A stretch of DNA of 64,000 bases from Hormiphora californensis (taxonomy: Eukaryota; Animalia; Ctenophora). A model generated the notes under the pieces. That model was not told where the DNA came from and searched no databases. It saw nothing but the letters and a program-made list of their open reading frames with translations. Made by a program: the position numbers and the translations under genes. Below, piece after piece: positions 1 through 12,753 of the stretch; position 1 is the stretch's first letter, and each line of letters begins with the position of its first letter. The stretch is taken from positions 1,116,001 through 1,180,000 of the forward strand of contig CM035350.1 of NCBI GenBank assembly GCA_020137815.1. The letters run 5' to 3'.

Positions 1-43
1 GTTTTTGTGTGATGTTCTATCTAAAACTATTCCAATTACCCAG

Positions 44-3000
44 TGTTGATACAGATGGAGAACAGTCAGAGGAGATCTTTGTGAAGTGTAGTGGGGGAAC
101 TTTCAAGCCTGATATCTTCAAAGACCAGGACACCTGGTGTAAAGGTAGAGACTAGAGTACACAATACCATGTATGTTGTACAGTGTTGCTATATAGTAGG
201 GACGAATCTTAATTTTTTGACACACTATTTGGTGAAAAGCAAATTCCGGTTGTAACACACCTATTTTGACCCGCTGAACAAGATCCCGTTCATAGGTAAG
301 GTCGCAAAATTGGAGAACATGCCCAAATCGGCCACGCCCTTTTACCTGTATTTTTAGCCTGTAGCCAAAAACATAAATCCTCTTAGAATAGGAGTAGAGA
401 CAAATCTAAGGGCACTAAAGTGATCAGCGCCCTCGCATTAGTGGGGGTAGGTACCGGAATTAAGTCTCTATCTCATCTGGTTAATTAGATAATTGGATAA
501 TTATACAAATTAAAAACAACAGCAGTTTTTAAGGTCTATACACATGTTTCATGGTGCCCCACGAGGAGGCACCAATCATCAGTAGACAAAGATCAAAATG
601 AGAATGAATTGGGATAAAGTATGACTCCTTCATAAAAACAGTCAGTCGAACGTTCCTATTTAGAATTAGTAGCTCCATTTCACGTCACATCTTTGTATCT
701 TGGACCTCTAGATTCCCCAGTTTCAAAGTACGTCAACCATTTCCCTTTCTTGGAGTGTGTAATCTGTATTCCATTTTGATCATTGTTCCTCAAAACCAGA
801 CGTCGTACGTGTCCTCAGATCCACAAGAGAGCTCAACCACAAATAAATTGAGGGAGCATTGCATTATAGCGAGTTTAGTAGATTGATGACAAGATAGATA
901 TCCTGTCCCTTGGTCCGAGATCAACAGAGAGCTCTAGCACGGGGTTAGCCGGCGAGCAGTTTATACAAATTAAAAACAACAGCAGTTTTTAAGGTCTATA
1001 CACATGTTTCATGGTGCCCCACGAGGAGGCACCAATCATCAGTAGACAAAGATCAAAATGAGAATGAATTGGGATAAAGTATGACTCCTTCATAAAAACA
1101 GTCAGTCGAACGTTCCTATTTAGAATTAGTAGCTCCATTTCACGTCACATCTTTGTATCTTGGACCTCTAGATTCCCCAGTTTCAAAGTACGTCAACCAT
1201 TTCCCTTTCTTGGAGTGTGTAATCTGTATTCCATTTTGATCATTGTTCCTCAAAACCAGACGTCGTACGTGTCCTCAGATCCACAAGAGAGCTCAACCAC
1301 AAATAAATTGAGGGAGCATTGCATTATAGCGAGTTTAGTAGATTGATGACAAGATAGATATCCTGTCCCTTGGTCCGAGATCAACAGAGAGCTCTAGCAC
1401 GGGGTTAGCCGGCGAGCAGTTTATACAAATTAAAAACAACAGCAGTTTTTAAGGTCTATACACATGTTTCATGGTGCCCCACGAGGAGGCACCAATCATC
1501 AGTAGACAAAGATCAAAATGAGAATGAATTGGGATAAAGTATGACTCCTTCATAAAAACAGTCAGTCGAACGTTCCTATTTAGAATTAGTAGCTCCATTT
1601 CACGTCACATCTTTGTATCTTGGACCTCTAGATTCCCCAGTTTCAAAGTACGTCAACCATTTCCCTTTCTTGGAGTGTGTAATCTGTATTCCATTTTGAT
1701 CATTGTTCCTCAAAACCAGACGTCGTACGTGTCCTCAGATCCACAAGAGAGCTCAACCACAAATAAATTGAGGGAGCATTGCATTATAGCGAGTTTAGTA
1801 GATTGATGACAAGATAGATATCCTGTCCCTTGGTCCGAGATCAACAGAGAGCTCTATCTCCAACCGGTTAGCCGTTATTTGGCTTAAACGATGCTCAAAA
1901 TGAGCGAAAAACGGTAAAAAGCCCGATTTTGAGCATCGTTTAAGCCAAATAACGGTTAAACGGTTGGAGATACAGCTTAAAAGTCCGATGTCGACCCCCC
2001 ATAACTTGGCTATTGCCTACAAAATGGCGCCACTGAAAAGCCTCTAAACCATTCCCAAGTGGCTATAGCCATATAGCCAAAAAACGGTTATGCGCAAACC
2101 TAATTATCCAATTATCTAATTAACCAGATGAGATAGAGACTTAATTCCGGCACCTACCCCCACTAATGCGAGGGCGCTGATCACTTTAGTGCCCTCAGAT
2201 TTGTCTCTACTCCTATTCTAAGAGGATTTGTGTTTTTGTCTACAGGCTAAAAATACAGGTAAAAGGGCGTGGCCGATTTGGGCATGTTCTCCAATTTTGC
2301 GACCTTACCTATGAACGGGATCTTGTTCAGCGGGTCAAAATAGGTAGGTTACAACCGGCATTTGCTTTTCACCAAATAGTGTGTCAACCACTTCTTTTTA
2401 TAAGAGATACGTCCCTACTATATAGGTAGAGACCACCAGAAACACTTGTGATCCCATTTGTTAATCCAGCCCCGATCCCTCCACAGTGGGATGTGCTCCT
2501 ATTCCTGAGGACTACACTAACTTCTGGCAACCGACATACAATGCAAGATCTCAAGGCCTCGCTACTAAGGGTGTCCCCATCCTAGCTGATTCAGACCTGG
2601 TAAGAAAACCAAACACTATTCAGTTCTCTTGTTATGACCCAATTAGTTCTGGTTTAATGACTTCATTTTCAGAAAATAGCAGTGTTGTGTAAGGATGGAT
2701 TTGCTCAAAAGAATGGGGATGTGGGGGATAATAGTTTGTACTGTACTAACTTTGGTTGGTCTCCTGCTCTAAAGAATCTTCTCAAGTGTACTAGTGAGTT
2801 TCAAACTTGACCCTTGATCACTTGCCCCTGCTGCGTTTACCATTACATTTAACGTTCTGTGTTTGTTAATCCGGCCCTGTCGAACAATCCTCCTATAACA
2901 CGGACCCATCTCTCTCAGGTGGTTGCCGGGATATCACTGGTAACATTGAGAACGGTGCAGCTGTCTACATGAAGAATGAGGTGTTAGGAGAGGCACCCTT

Positions 3001-3205
3001 TACAGTCGGGGACAGGATCAGTTTCAGCTGTGATGAGAAGTTTGAGTTATCTGGGGTGGACGTTGTGACATGTGATAGTGGCTTCAAGTGGACTTCATCT
3101 ACCCCTACATGTGTGTCAGAAAGTGCTACCACGTCTGCAGCTGGTAGTTTACAAGCTGGTGCAGTGGTAGTGTTGTTGATTTTTAATGTACTGAACGGAC
3201 TATAA
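44..3205 (+). CDS. Sushi/CCP-domain surface protein, 3' part (exons ~44-143, ~2487-2598, ~2671-2792, ~2919-3205); 5' end outside window
   Basis: Last exon encodes a CCP module (GC..I.NG...F.VGD.ISFSCDE.F.L.G....TC.....W....PTC), then a Ser/Thr/Ala spacer and a hydrophobic C-terminus resembling a GPI signal; GT-AG borders. Confidence 0.65.
192..2422. mobile_element. Non-autonomous DNA transposon with ~310-bp TIRs, inserted at a TA run in the sushi-gene intron
   Basis: ~192-500 is the reverse complement of ~2103-2422 (TAGTAGGGACG...CGTCCCTACTA); TA on both sides; no transposase ORF. Confidence 0.85.
501..1856. repeat. Tandem repeat, 460-bp unit, ~2.95 copies, inside the TIR element
   Basis: TTATACAAATTAAAAACAAC recurs at 501, 961 and 1421; units look essentially identical. 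Confidence 0.95.
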
Positions 3206-3232
3206 GAGCATAGATTTGACAGTTTTTTATTA

Positions 3233-3419
3233 CAGTCGGACCCCGATTTAACGGCCCCCGATTTAGCGGCCCCCGATTTAGCGGCACCCCGATTTAACGG
3301 CAGCATAATCTTCCCCCGATATGGGAAATTAACATTATTTGACCCCGATTTAGCGGACACCCCGATTTAGCGGACAAAATCCTTTCCCCCGAGGGTGCCG
3401 TTAAATCGGGGTCCGACTG
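3233..3419. mobile_element. Tc1/mariner-pogo-type MITE
   Basis: TIR CAGTCGGACCCCGATTTAACGGC / GCCGTTAAATCGGGGTCCGACTG, TA target duplication, internal 15-bp CCCCGATTTAGCGG repeats. Confidence 0.9.
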
Positions 3420-3463
3420 TATTAGAAAAGTTATATTTATGATTATTTTGTAACCCCAATTAC

Positions 3464-6400
3464 CTGTATTTCAAGTGGCTCCTCACGCATGCACCAGAGA
3501 AGACTGGGTGTAACGGTGAAGGGGAGTGTGACACTAAAGGTGGCGTCACTATAGCTCTTGCCATCCTTTGCAATGTCACTAAACTGGATCAAGTCAGAAC
3601 ACACCGCTTCACTGTTGTAGAACTAAGAAGGGAAGATGGTGTTAGAACCAGTGGGCAGTTTGTAGTTGTTTTAGAAAGCCTTTTTGTAGAACCTAGAAAG
3701 TGAAACTTAAACTAAGATATTTCCTACCTTGATCCGAAGGTAGCAGTGTCGATCCTCATAAACTACATCCTGGGCACTTTTGTATCTCATCAACACATCC
3801 TCCCCTATCCAGACCTTGTCTACCCCTAATGTTAGGGTAAGGTACTCAGTGGTCACTTTGGGAAGGGGTGGAGGTAGCCAGCCTCGCCGACTGGCATCCT
3901 CCATTACTAGCTCTCGTTCTGTTACCTCCCCAAAATTAACCTGAACGAAGAACATGATCAGAAACAGGAAATTACATTTATTAAACTCATGAAACATACT
4001 AATTGCATCCTGCTAATTTTTACTAATTACACTGCACACTCCGACCTACCTCCAACTCGAGAGCTGCCACAGCGTCTTTATCCCGTACAGTAGGGGAGAA
4101 GAGAGGTACCCAGTTGTGCATTCCCGTGTGTTTTGTTAGTAGCGCTGACAAGGGAACATGTGCTCTACACAACAGAATATCCCCTCCTTTCTTGTTGCTA
4201 GTTGTTTCTTTGTGAAACACGCACACTATCAAATGCCCCTTACTGAAAAAGAGATGGTATTAGTTGGGAATTATACATCTACCTGCATTACTCAAACGTT
4301 TTGAGACTCAAGTTTCTTCAAAGTTTCTTGCGAACATACCTAAGATTTTCTGCCAATGTAGGCGGTCCACTGTGCGACTGAGACATGACAGTGGGCAGAG
4401 TAAGGGAGAAGTGTGACCCATAGTTAGGGGTAAAACTCCTCGCTCTAACCCCAGTTTCCCTCTCTATCCCTGCGAAGGACAGCTCCACTGTTGTGTAGGA
4501 GTTCAGACCGGTAGTGGCTGCATGGTTGAGGGGTGCTCCTGAAGAGAGGGCTTGACGGGCAGCATACTGTAATCCACAACACCGTCCCACTGTCACACAC
4601 AACTGCAGGGAGTTACCATGAGTTAGAACGATAAACAATTGCCAATAATTGTAAAATAGAAAATGGGGAGGCCGAAGGGGAGGCTTTTATTAAATCCCAT
4701 ATCTTCCAGTACGAACCTGCACAAAGTTTTCAGGTTTATTTGTCACTTCAGCCGCTGTTTCTGAGGTATATCCCACTGTCACACTGAGTGTCCCCGCCTT
4801 GTATCCCCCTTCTGTCTCATCGCGGTGTTGGGTAGAGGTGACTGGTATTGCAATCACCTCACTAACACCCTTAGTTAGTGACACCAGATGGGATAGTTGC
4901 TGGAGGGGTAGGACGCCCCTAGCACACGAGATATCCCTGATATTGGGGTAGTATACCCTCCTCCAGACCTCAAACACCACTGCATTATCTGTCAGATGTC
5001 TGGAGAGGTGTTGTAGAAGGGAGGTTGTGTCAGGGAGGATCATGCTAGCACTGGTATTATAGTTGAACTTGAGGTGCGGAGCCGAGGGGCAGATGGGGCT
5101 GGTGAACGTCCTGTTAGTTGAGTCAGCAGGAAGGGAGAAGGTGACATAGCAATCAGTGTCTGCAGATGCTTCAAACACCACCGCATCAGATAGAGAATTG
5201 ATAGTGATGTCTAGGGTGTGTCTTATCCGCGGTCTCTCCTCCTCTCCCTCTTCCTCTACAACATGGTGGTCACGTGATCCAGGGACAATATCACGTGACA
5301 CTATGTTCTTAGTAGCCATGAACTCGTTTAGTTGGCCATGTGTACCTGCCGCTAGGACACATTGTAGTATCCCACATCTCTCACTAGATAGAGGATTCAC
5401 TATAGGCATGTACCCATCCACAGCAACCACAGCAGACGAAGTGGCCATGTGAGACAGGGATAGGTAGAGTTGACTGGTGGGTAGTTTGGTTAGACCCAGT
5501 AACTTGTCATCCTTCCCAATCTTGTTCCATACTTCCAGTATTATGAAGTTGTCCCGGAGCCGCTCCACAAAAGCGGTTGTGTGGGTGAAGGGGATCATGT
5601 GCCGGATGTTGTAGGTAGGGTGGTGCGAGTTCCATACCACTTCTGAGAGAGGGAGGGGGTGAGATAGTATTAGGAAGTGTGTAACTTTGTTAGAAACTAA
5701 CTAGCAACACCACACTCCAGGAAAACCAACTGTCACATTTTCCTCAACATTTCAAGAAACATTTTACACAAAACTGCGAATTAATAAAATCATGGGCTAG
5801 TTTTGGGAGCCCTACCTGATGTGAGACGATCTACAGAGTCGATCATTCGAACCACGATGTATGAGTTGACTGGGGCACCCTTATCGGCTCCCTGAAGAGC
5901 CTTGCCACAACCCACAGACACGAGTATAGCCAGAGCTGAAAGGGGGAGAATTTTATACAACTGAAAAGAAACAACGCAAGAATCTGGTTTTCTCGACCCT
6001 ATCTCACTGCAATTCTTGTAAAGTAGGTTTAAAACAAGATCACTCACGTTCTTGTTGTACAGGGGGTGCAGGTCCAGGTAGATCCACCATGGCACCACTG
6101 TTGAGGGTAACACTCCCACATACCAACCCCAAATAATCATCCGTCTTAGTGCACCTCATTTGGCTGGAGAACTGGAGGTGAAACTTGTCTGCCCTCAGAA
6201 CACTGTCCAGCTTCACCGAACTCTCAGCGATAACACCAGGACTATCCTCCAGCCTCTCCTTGTAGTAAATACTCAACTGTACATCCCTCTCACCCCACTG
6301 TCGGATCAGTACTTCATCGAACATCACAGGAAACACGTTGGTGTGGGCCAGAGAGACAGATGGTCCGGATACCTTCCGACTAGTGATGGTACGGCATTCT

Positions 6401-7654
6401 GAGTCCGAGCCAAGGGGGATAGAGTACTCTAGGAAGTAGGTTCCAGAAGCAGCAGTAGTATCAAACTGGAGATTCTCAATGTGTACTTTGCATTTGTTAA
6501 CTCGACCCAGAGCAGTTAGCCGGTTTAGCGAGAGGGGTTGTTCTGAAAGGAGGGGTACTGGAGAGAATGCTCTCATCTCATGGTGCTGCTGATATCTTGC
6601 CTTCTCTGGGGATCTCTGTTTAGTTACCACTTCTTCGACCTCAGAATCAGACGAGACAGGAGACTCAACCCCTCCCCGCTTGTAGAACAGATGCTCAATC
6701 AGAGACTCATCTGGGAGAGAGCTAGAACTGGAACAACTTGAAACATCCAAACCATGTTTCTTGAGTACTGAATCTATCTTATCCTTTCCAAACAGTAGAT
6801 CTAGAGTATTGTCAGCAGCATCCTCATCCTCTTCCTCTACCTCTCTAACCTGGCTGGCAGGGAGTTTATCCACACTCTCCCTGAGGTACTCAGTTATCTG
6901 GTCTATCTCTACCTCACTACTGTTCATCTGACACTTCACTATGTCACTCTTCAACCGCCGACTCTTGGCTAGCACCTCACCAATCAGATCTGTTACCTGC
7001 CCCCGGTTATGTAGGGACCGCGAGGGGAAGATATTCTCCTTATCTGTGGGTTGGTAGGATTTCTGGGGGCTAACAGCACGTCGCGTGGTGGGGCTCTTTC
7101 TAGGATGCTGTTTAGCTGGTGAGACTTTTAGGCACGGAGGAGGAGTCTAGGGTGGGGTCTTCTGGTTGTGGTTTTGGAGCTGCTACAATACTCAAACTCA
7201 CATTCACCCTCCCCAGGAGCCGCTCTGAGTTGCTAGGCTGGGTGATATCCAGATCTCTTGTTAGGCTCATACTTTTAGTGAGTTTGGCGATGGGAACCCT
7301 CGCATCCCCCTTTATCCGATACGATTTGCTGTCAATAAAATCAATCTGTAGTGTCCCCATATCGGCTACATAAGATGCGAACTGCTTAGGTCCACACTTG
7401 ATGGGGTACCGTGCTAGGGCTGGCAGTTTGCCACATTTGAATACCGCACCCTGACTAGTGTTCTCCCCACCATTTCACCACAGCATGAAGCTCGTTTAAG
7501 CAGTTTAGGACCATGCCCAGGTAAACCTGTCTAGTTTGAGGGTCAGGTAACACCGCACCTGTCCGTGTACATCTGGGGGCAGGTCAATGTATACTGGGAC
7601 CTCCTCTGGTTGCTGCTTCTTTCTGACAAAGAGGGCCTTCTTGGTAGGAGGCAT
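3464..7654 (-). CDS. C2CD3: C2 domain-containing protein 3-like centriole/cilium protein (multi-exon, with frameshifts; probably continues leftward)
   Basis: N-terminal LPPDVHGQVRCYLTLKL..VKWWGE..RYPIKCGPKQFASY..DMG matches the C2CD3 N-terminus; several C2-like segments (LEVWNK..DKLLGL, FEVWRRVYYPNIRD, CYLRIK|FYNSEA..SLLWCMREEPLEIQ). Confidence 0.85.
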
Positions 7655-7849
7655 GGCCCTGGGAAGAGAGAGGTTAGTTAGAGGCCAGAGGGAGAGGTTA
7701 GTTAGAGGGGTCCGGTTAGTATCGGGGAACAAGATGGATTTAGTTGGGAGTTGGGGGGGGGGGGTAGGGGTAAAGAGACGAGATGAAACAACGGTGTTTT
7801 TAGAACAAAGAAATATTCGCATGTAGTAACACATGATTGATCCCATTAA

Positions 7850-9152
7850 GGGTACACCTGGCGTTTTTCATCATCGAGTGCCCAACCAAATGACTTCACC
7901 AGGGTTTAGGCCATACAAAATGGACCTCAAATATGCAATTTTAGCCCTAAAGTTGAATTCATATTTTTGCTACAGCCTATTTTCAAAGTGGTGTTTTTTC
8001 AATTTTTGGTGGAATTTTTAACCTCAGGACCACTTTTTTTGAGATAGAAACATTAAATTCTTGGAATTTGAAGAGAATATAAAGGTAAATAAGCCCAAAG
8101 AAGGATTTTTGAAATGGAGCTAATTTATGGCCATGAGAACGGTTTACTTTTTTGCTTCTTTGACACGCTGGCTGAGAATGTTCCCATGCTTCATTAGAGA
8201 TGAAAATCTGGAAATAGTTGCTCAAAACGATTATCTATGTGGCCCAAAAATTTTGGAACTTTCCCGCCAAAGATGTGGTGTACAGAGCTTGTTTTGTGAA
8301 ACCCATCTTTTTGAAAAAGAGGGAGATTCCCTGTATCTCAAAAACGGATGATCGTAGAGACCTGCGACCAAGCTTAATCGATTCAGAAGGTCCGATTTTG
8401 GGGGGGTCTTCTGAGAGACATTTTGCTCCTACTCCAACCGTTTTTGCTGTACTTGCAAAAAACCAATTCTATGAAAAGGGGGAACAACTATATTCCAGTA
8501 GCCTGCTTCGGGCTGATTTCCCCCTTACTTGCTGATACCTTTTTCGCAATTACAGCAAAAACGGTTGGAGTAGGAGCAAAATGTCTCTCAGAAGACCCCC
8601 CCAAAATCGGACCTTCTGAATCGATTAAGCTTGGTCGCAGGTCTCTACGATCATCCGTTTTTGAGATACAGGGAATTTCCCTCTTTTTCAAAAAGATGGG
8701 TTTCACAAAACAAGCTCTGTACACCACATCTTTGGCGGGAAAGTTCCAAAATTTTTGGGCCACATAGATAATCGTTTTGAGCAACTATTTCCCGATTTTC
8801 ATCTCTAATGAAGCATGGGAACATTCTCAGCCAGCGTGTCAAAGAAGCAAAAAAGTAAACCGTTCTCATGGCCATAAATTAGCTCCATTTCAAAAATCCT
8901 TCTTTGGGCTTATTTACCTTTATATTCTCTTCAAATTCCAAGAATTTAATGTTTCTATCTCAAAAAAAGTGGTCCTGAGGTTAAAAATTCCACCAAAAAT
9001 TGAAAAAACACCACTTTGAAAATAGGCTGTAGCAAAAATATGAATTCAACTTTAGGGCTAAAATTGCATATTTGAGGTCCATTTTGTATGGCCTAAACCC
9101 TGGTGAAGTCATTTGGTTGGGCACTCGATGATGAAAAACGCCAGGTGTACCC
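7850..9152. mobile_element. Foldback non-autonomous element with ~600-bp near-perfect TIRs and TTAA target duplication (Kolobok-like termini)
   Basis: TTAA|GGGTACACC...GGTGTACCC|TTAA; arms mirror each other, giving mirrored ORFs; GG..CC ends with TTAA fit Kolobok better than piggyBac (CC..GG). Confidence 0.88.
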
Positions 9153-9241
9153 TTAAAACATGAATGATGTTAATAAATAAATCACCACTTTTTTGCGAAG
9201 AAAAAGAAAAATTCCTAAAAACCTAAAGGTCGGATATCACA

Positions 9242-12200
9242 CTACTTCATTTTAGAGTCAGCATATTGCTTAGCAAGGTTCAGTGCCTTCTCCACCTGGG
9301 CGGCTCCCTTTCCACTACCCTGTGCGTACAGGTCCTTCCCTCCACACTTGGCACCTAGCATTCCTGAGAAGGTTCCCAGCCACTCATCAGCCTTCAGACC
9401 CAGACCACTGGACAACTTCTTGGGGACGAGACAGTGGAAGAACACATCATCATCATTCACAGCAATGATGACAGCAGCAGTTTCAGGGGCCTTCTTCCTC
9501 ATGGTCTTCAGACCCTCCGAGATACCCTTACTGGTACCCTTAGTCTTCAGCACCTCTACAATTACAGGGGCGTCCTTGTTCTTAGCGATGAGAGAAGGCA
9601 ATCTCAGCAGCATTCTCTGTTGCAAGTCCTTTCTCTGCCTCATTCTTGGCCTTGTCCAACTTAGGCCTTGATACCAGATACATGGTCCCTGATCCTATCT
9701 CTCCTCCACGCAGGGATCACACTCTTGTCATTGCTCTGGATGAGGGTGTTAACCTGACTGATAATCTTACTGTACTCGTACTTGCCTCCCTCTATCTGGG
9801 CAGTAATGGCATCTGCCTCAGCCTGGATAGGCCTCACCTCGTGCCACAGCAGCAGCAGCCTCAGCACCAGTAACAGCAAAGATCCTCCTGATTACCCTTA
9901 GCAATGGGCTTCTCACTGACCACAGTGAATGTGTTCATGTGGCCTGCCCTCTTGAGATGGGTACCCCCACAGAACTCAACACTGGTCACACTCCCAGCAG
10001 GGGCAGAGGGGTCAGCTGTCAGGGTATCCACATCAATTACCTACCTGATACAACTCGGACATGGATCAGGGTAGGTCTCATCGAACATAGCCCTCAGTCC
10101 CTGGATCTCCCGAGCAATACCAAGGGATGCTTCCTTAGCGTAGACAACACCAGTTCTGAGGCAATAAACTCCTGAGACAACCTGATCAACACCCTTCCAG
10201 CTGTGTGTCAGTAAGGGGAGTTTTGTAGGAGAAATCAAACCTTAACTTGTCAGTCAGTAACTAGCGATCCTTTCTGGTCAGCCTGTCCATGAGCAGTGCT
10301 TTCTTAGTGCGTAGTTAAGGAGATGAGTTGCAGTGTGGTTGTTCATGATCTTCCTCCTTCTCTCCTCATCGAACGAGATCTTGACAATGTCCCCGAACAG
10401 ACTAGTGATCCCTCCACGATACCCTTATGGATGATATACCCTGCCTTCACCTGGATAGTTATTGATCAGGATACCAGAGTCAGAGTTGTTGACAGTGATA
10501 TACCCTGTATCGTAGATCTGTCCTCCTTGTTCAGCGTACATACAGGTCTTGTCCAGGATAACTCCCACCCTGTCACCACTCTCAACACTCTGGGCGAACT
10601 TGCCCCCGCACCTGATGGCCTTTACAGTAGCCTCAATAACATCAAAGTTGTAGGTACCAGCCTCGTCAGCAGTGTAACTGTACTTAGTGCTGTCATCAGT
10701 TGGCACAATGCCAGTCTTCTGTAGCTCACTAATGGCATGAACATCAATATCAGTCTTATCATCAGCTGCAACATCCCCACACCGAGACATCTCCTGGGCC
10801 TTGGCCTTGGCTGCCTCGTACCCAGCACAATCCACACTGAGGTTCCTCTCCTCCGCCATGAGACAGGTGAGATCCAGTGGGAACCCGAATGTGTCATACA
10901 ACCTCCACGCTACATCACCCGGGATAGTATCACCCTGGAGAGAGTTAGCGGTCTTATCAAACAGCTTCTTTCCGTAGTTCAGGGTCTTCAGGAACTGTGT
11001 CTCCTCCTCGTTGATCACTTCCATGGTGTACTCAGGATCCTTCAGCAGCTCAGGGAACTCATCCTTGAGGGTGTCATTCACCACAGGTAACAAGAGAGGC
11101 AAACATACCTTGGGAGCACCTAGTTTCTCTACCGCATACCGGACTGCTCTTCTCAAGATCCTCCTCAAGACATAGCCCCGTCCTAACATTGTCAGGTAAT
11201 CCGCCGTCACAGATAGCAACAGTGATGGTTCGGGCGTGATCTGCGAGTACTCGGTAAGCCATGTCAACACCATCAACATCATCAGCACCAACCTTGCCAG
11301 GTGTAAGGTCGTGCTCCATGTCTTCTCCTGGATGGCATCAAAGATGGGGGTAAACACATCGGTGTCATAGTTTGATGATTTGTTCTGCATCACAGAGATA
11401 ACTCTCTCCAAACCCAATCCACAATCAATGTGCTTAGGCAGGGAGCTGTGTGAGACTTTGGTCTGGTTCCCTGTTGAACTGAATGAACACCAAATTCCAG
11501 ATCTCCAGAACATTAGGATCGTCCATGTTGACCAACTCAGGGACCTCTCTCCCTCCAATCCTGTCATAGTGGATCTCTGAACAGGGGCCACACGGACCTG
11601 TGTCTCCCATCTCCCAGAAGTTATCTTTACAGTCGAAGGGCAGGACTCTGTTAGAAGGTAGACCCTGATCCAACCAGAACTGTCTGGCCTCCTCATCAGG
11701 AGCAAGACCAAGTTTCTCATCTCCTCCAAAGTAGGTAACATACAGCCTGTCCTTCTCCAGCCCCCAAACGTCCGTGAGGAGCTCCCAGGACCATGATATG
11801 ATCTCTTTCTTGAAGTAGTCTCCAAAACTCCAGTTACCCATCATCTCGAAGAAGGTGTGATGGTAGACATCCTTACCAACATCGTCCAGATCGTTGTGTT
11901 TACCTCCTGCCCTGATACATTTCTGAGAGTTAACCACCCTCTTCCACTTGGCCATGTCACTGTTGGGGTCCACTGTACCCAGGAAGATGGGTTTAAACTG
12001 GTTCATACCAGCATTAGCGAACAGTAGTGTAGGATCATCATGAGGGACAACACTGGAAGAGTGAACTTCAAGATGACCCTTCTTCTCAATAAAGAAGTCA
12101 ATGAAGGATCTCCTGATTTCAGAGGCAGTCTTGGGCCGGGTATCCTTGTGAGGGGCATCCATGGTTTGTAGATTACGGATGTGCGAAGACCAACGTTTAA

Positions 12201-12363
12201 CGTGAACTTGATTACACACAGAGGGGACGTCCTTCAACACTCGGTCGTCTTCTTCTGTGTAGTTGTAACCAGAAATGTAGCTTCTACTGGCTAGAAACTC
12301 GTTGAGGTCACCACTGACGCTGGCCATACACTTACGCCCTAAAGCAGAAATACATCTAATCAT
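9242..12363 (-). CDS. AARS1: Alanyl-tRNA synthetase, apparently intronless, broken by several frameshifts
   Basis: [72 protein letters not shown], editing motifs NHTATH and VEFCGGTH, C-Ala [11 protein letters not shown]. Confidence 0.95.
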
Positions 12364-12753
12364 TCAACATCCTGAAACAAAAACCCGAATACAAACTGGA
12401 CAGAAAATGTGCTGCAAAACAGAGAAAGCAGAGATCAAATTAAAAGGATTGATGGTACAAAAAAGCTTGATGTGTTTTACGTTCTAAAAGAAATATAAAA
12501 TGACTTAGTACCCCAACCGGGGACAGAAGAGTAGCAAAAACTGAAACCAGCGTGTAAAAAACAAAGAAAGCTTTTAAAAATTCCCACGCGCACGCATTTT
12601 AATTTTGTCGGAGTTGAGAAACGCGGACGCGCACAACACGACCCTGCCCGGCTCAGAAGACGCAGCGTGCTGTATAAAACGTTTATTTCGCGCGTTACAT
12701 TTAATTCTCTAGACGATACCCCGCCAAGAAGAGTCTGAGACAGTCCGCTAATA

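Noticed and set aside
7983-9019. Duplicated ORFs on opposite strands (also 12758-13387 and 45228/49594)
   Set aside because: Artefacts of inverted repeats; no transposase motifs.
7000-11500. Frameshifts in AlaRS and C2CD3 (also TMEM237) as pseudogenisation, programmed frameshifting or RNA editing
   Set aside because: Single-base indels, at least some in short homopolymers, cluster regionally in essential genes whose motifs are intact; most likely consensus errors. Short-read polishing would decide.
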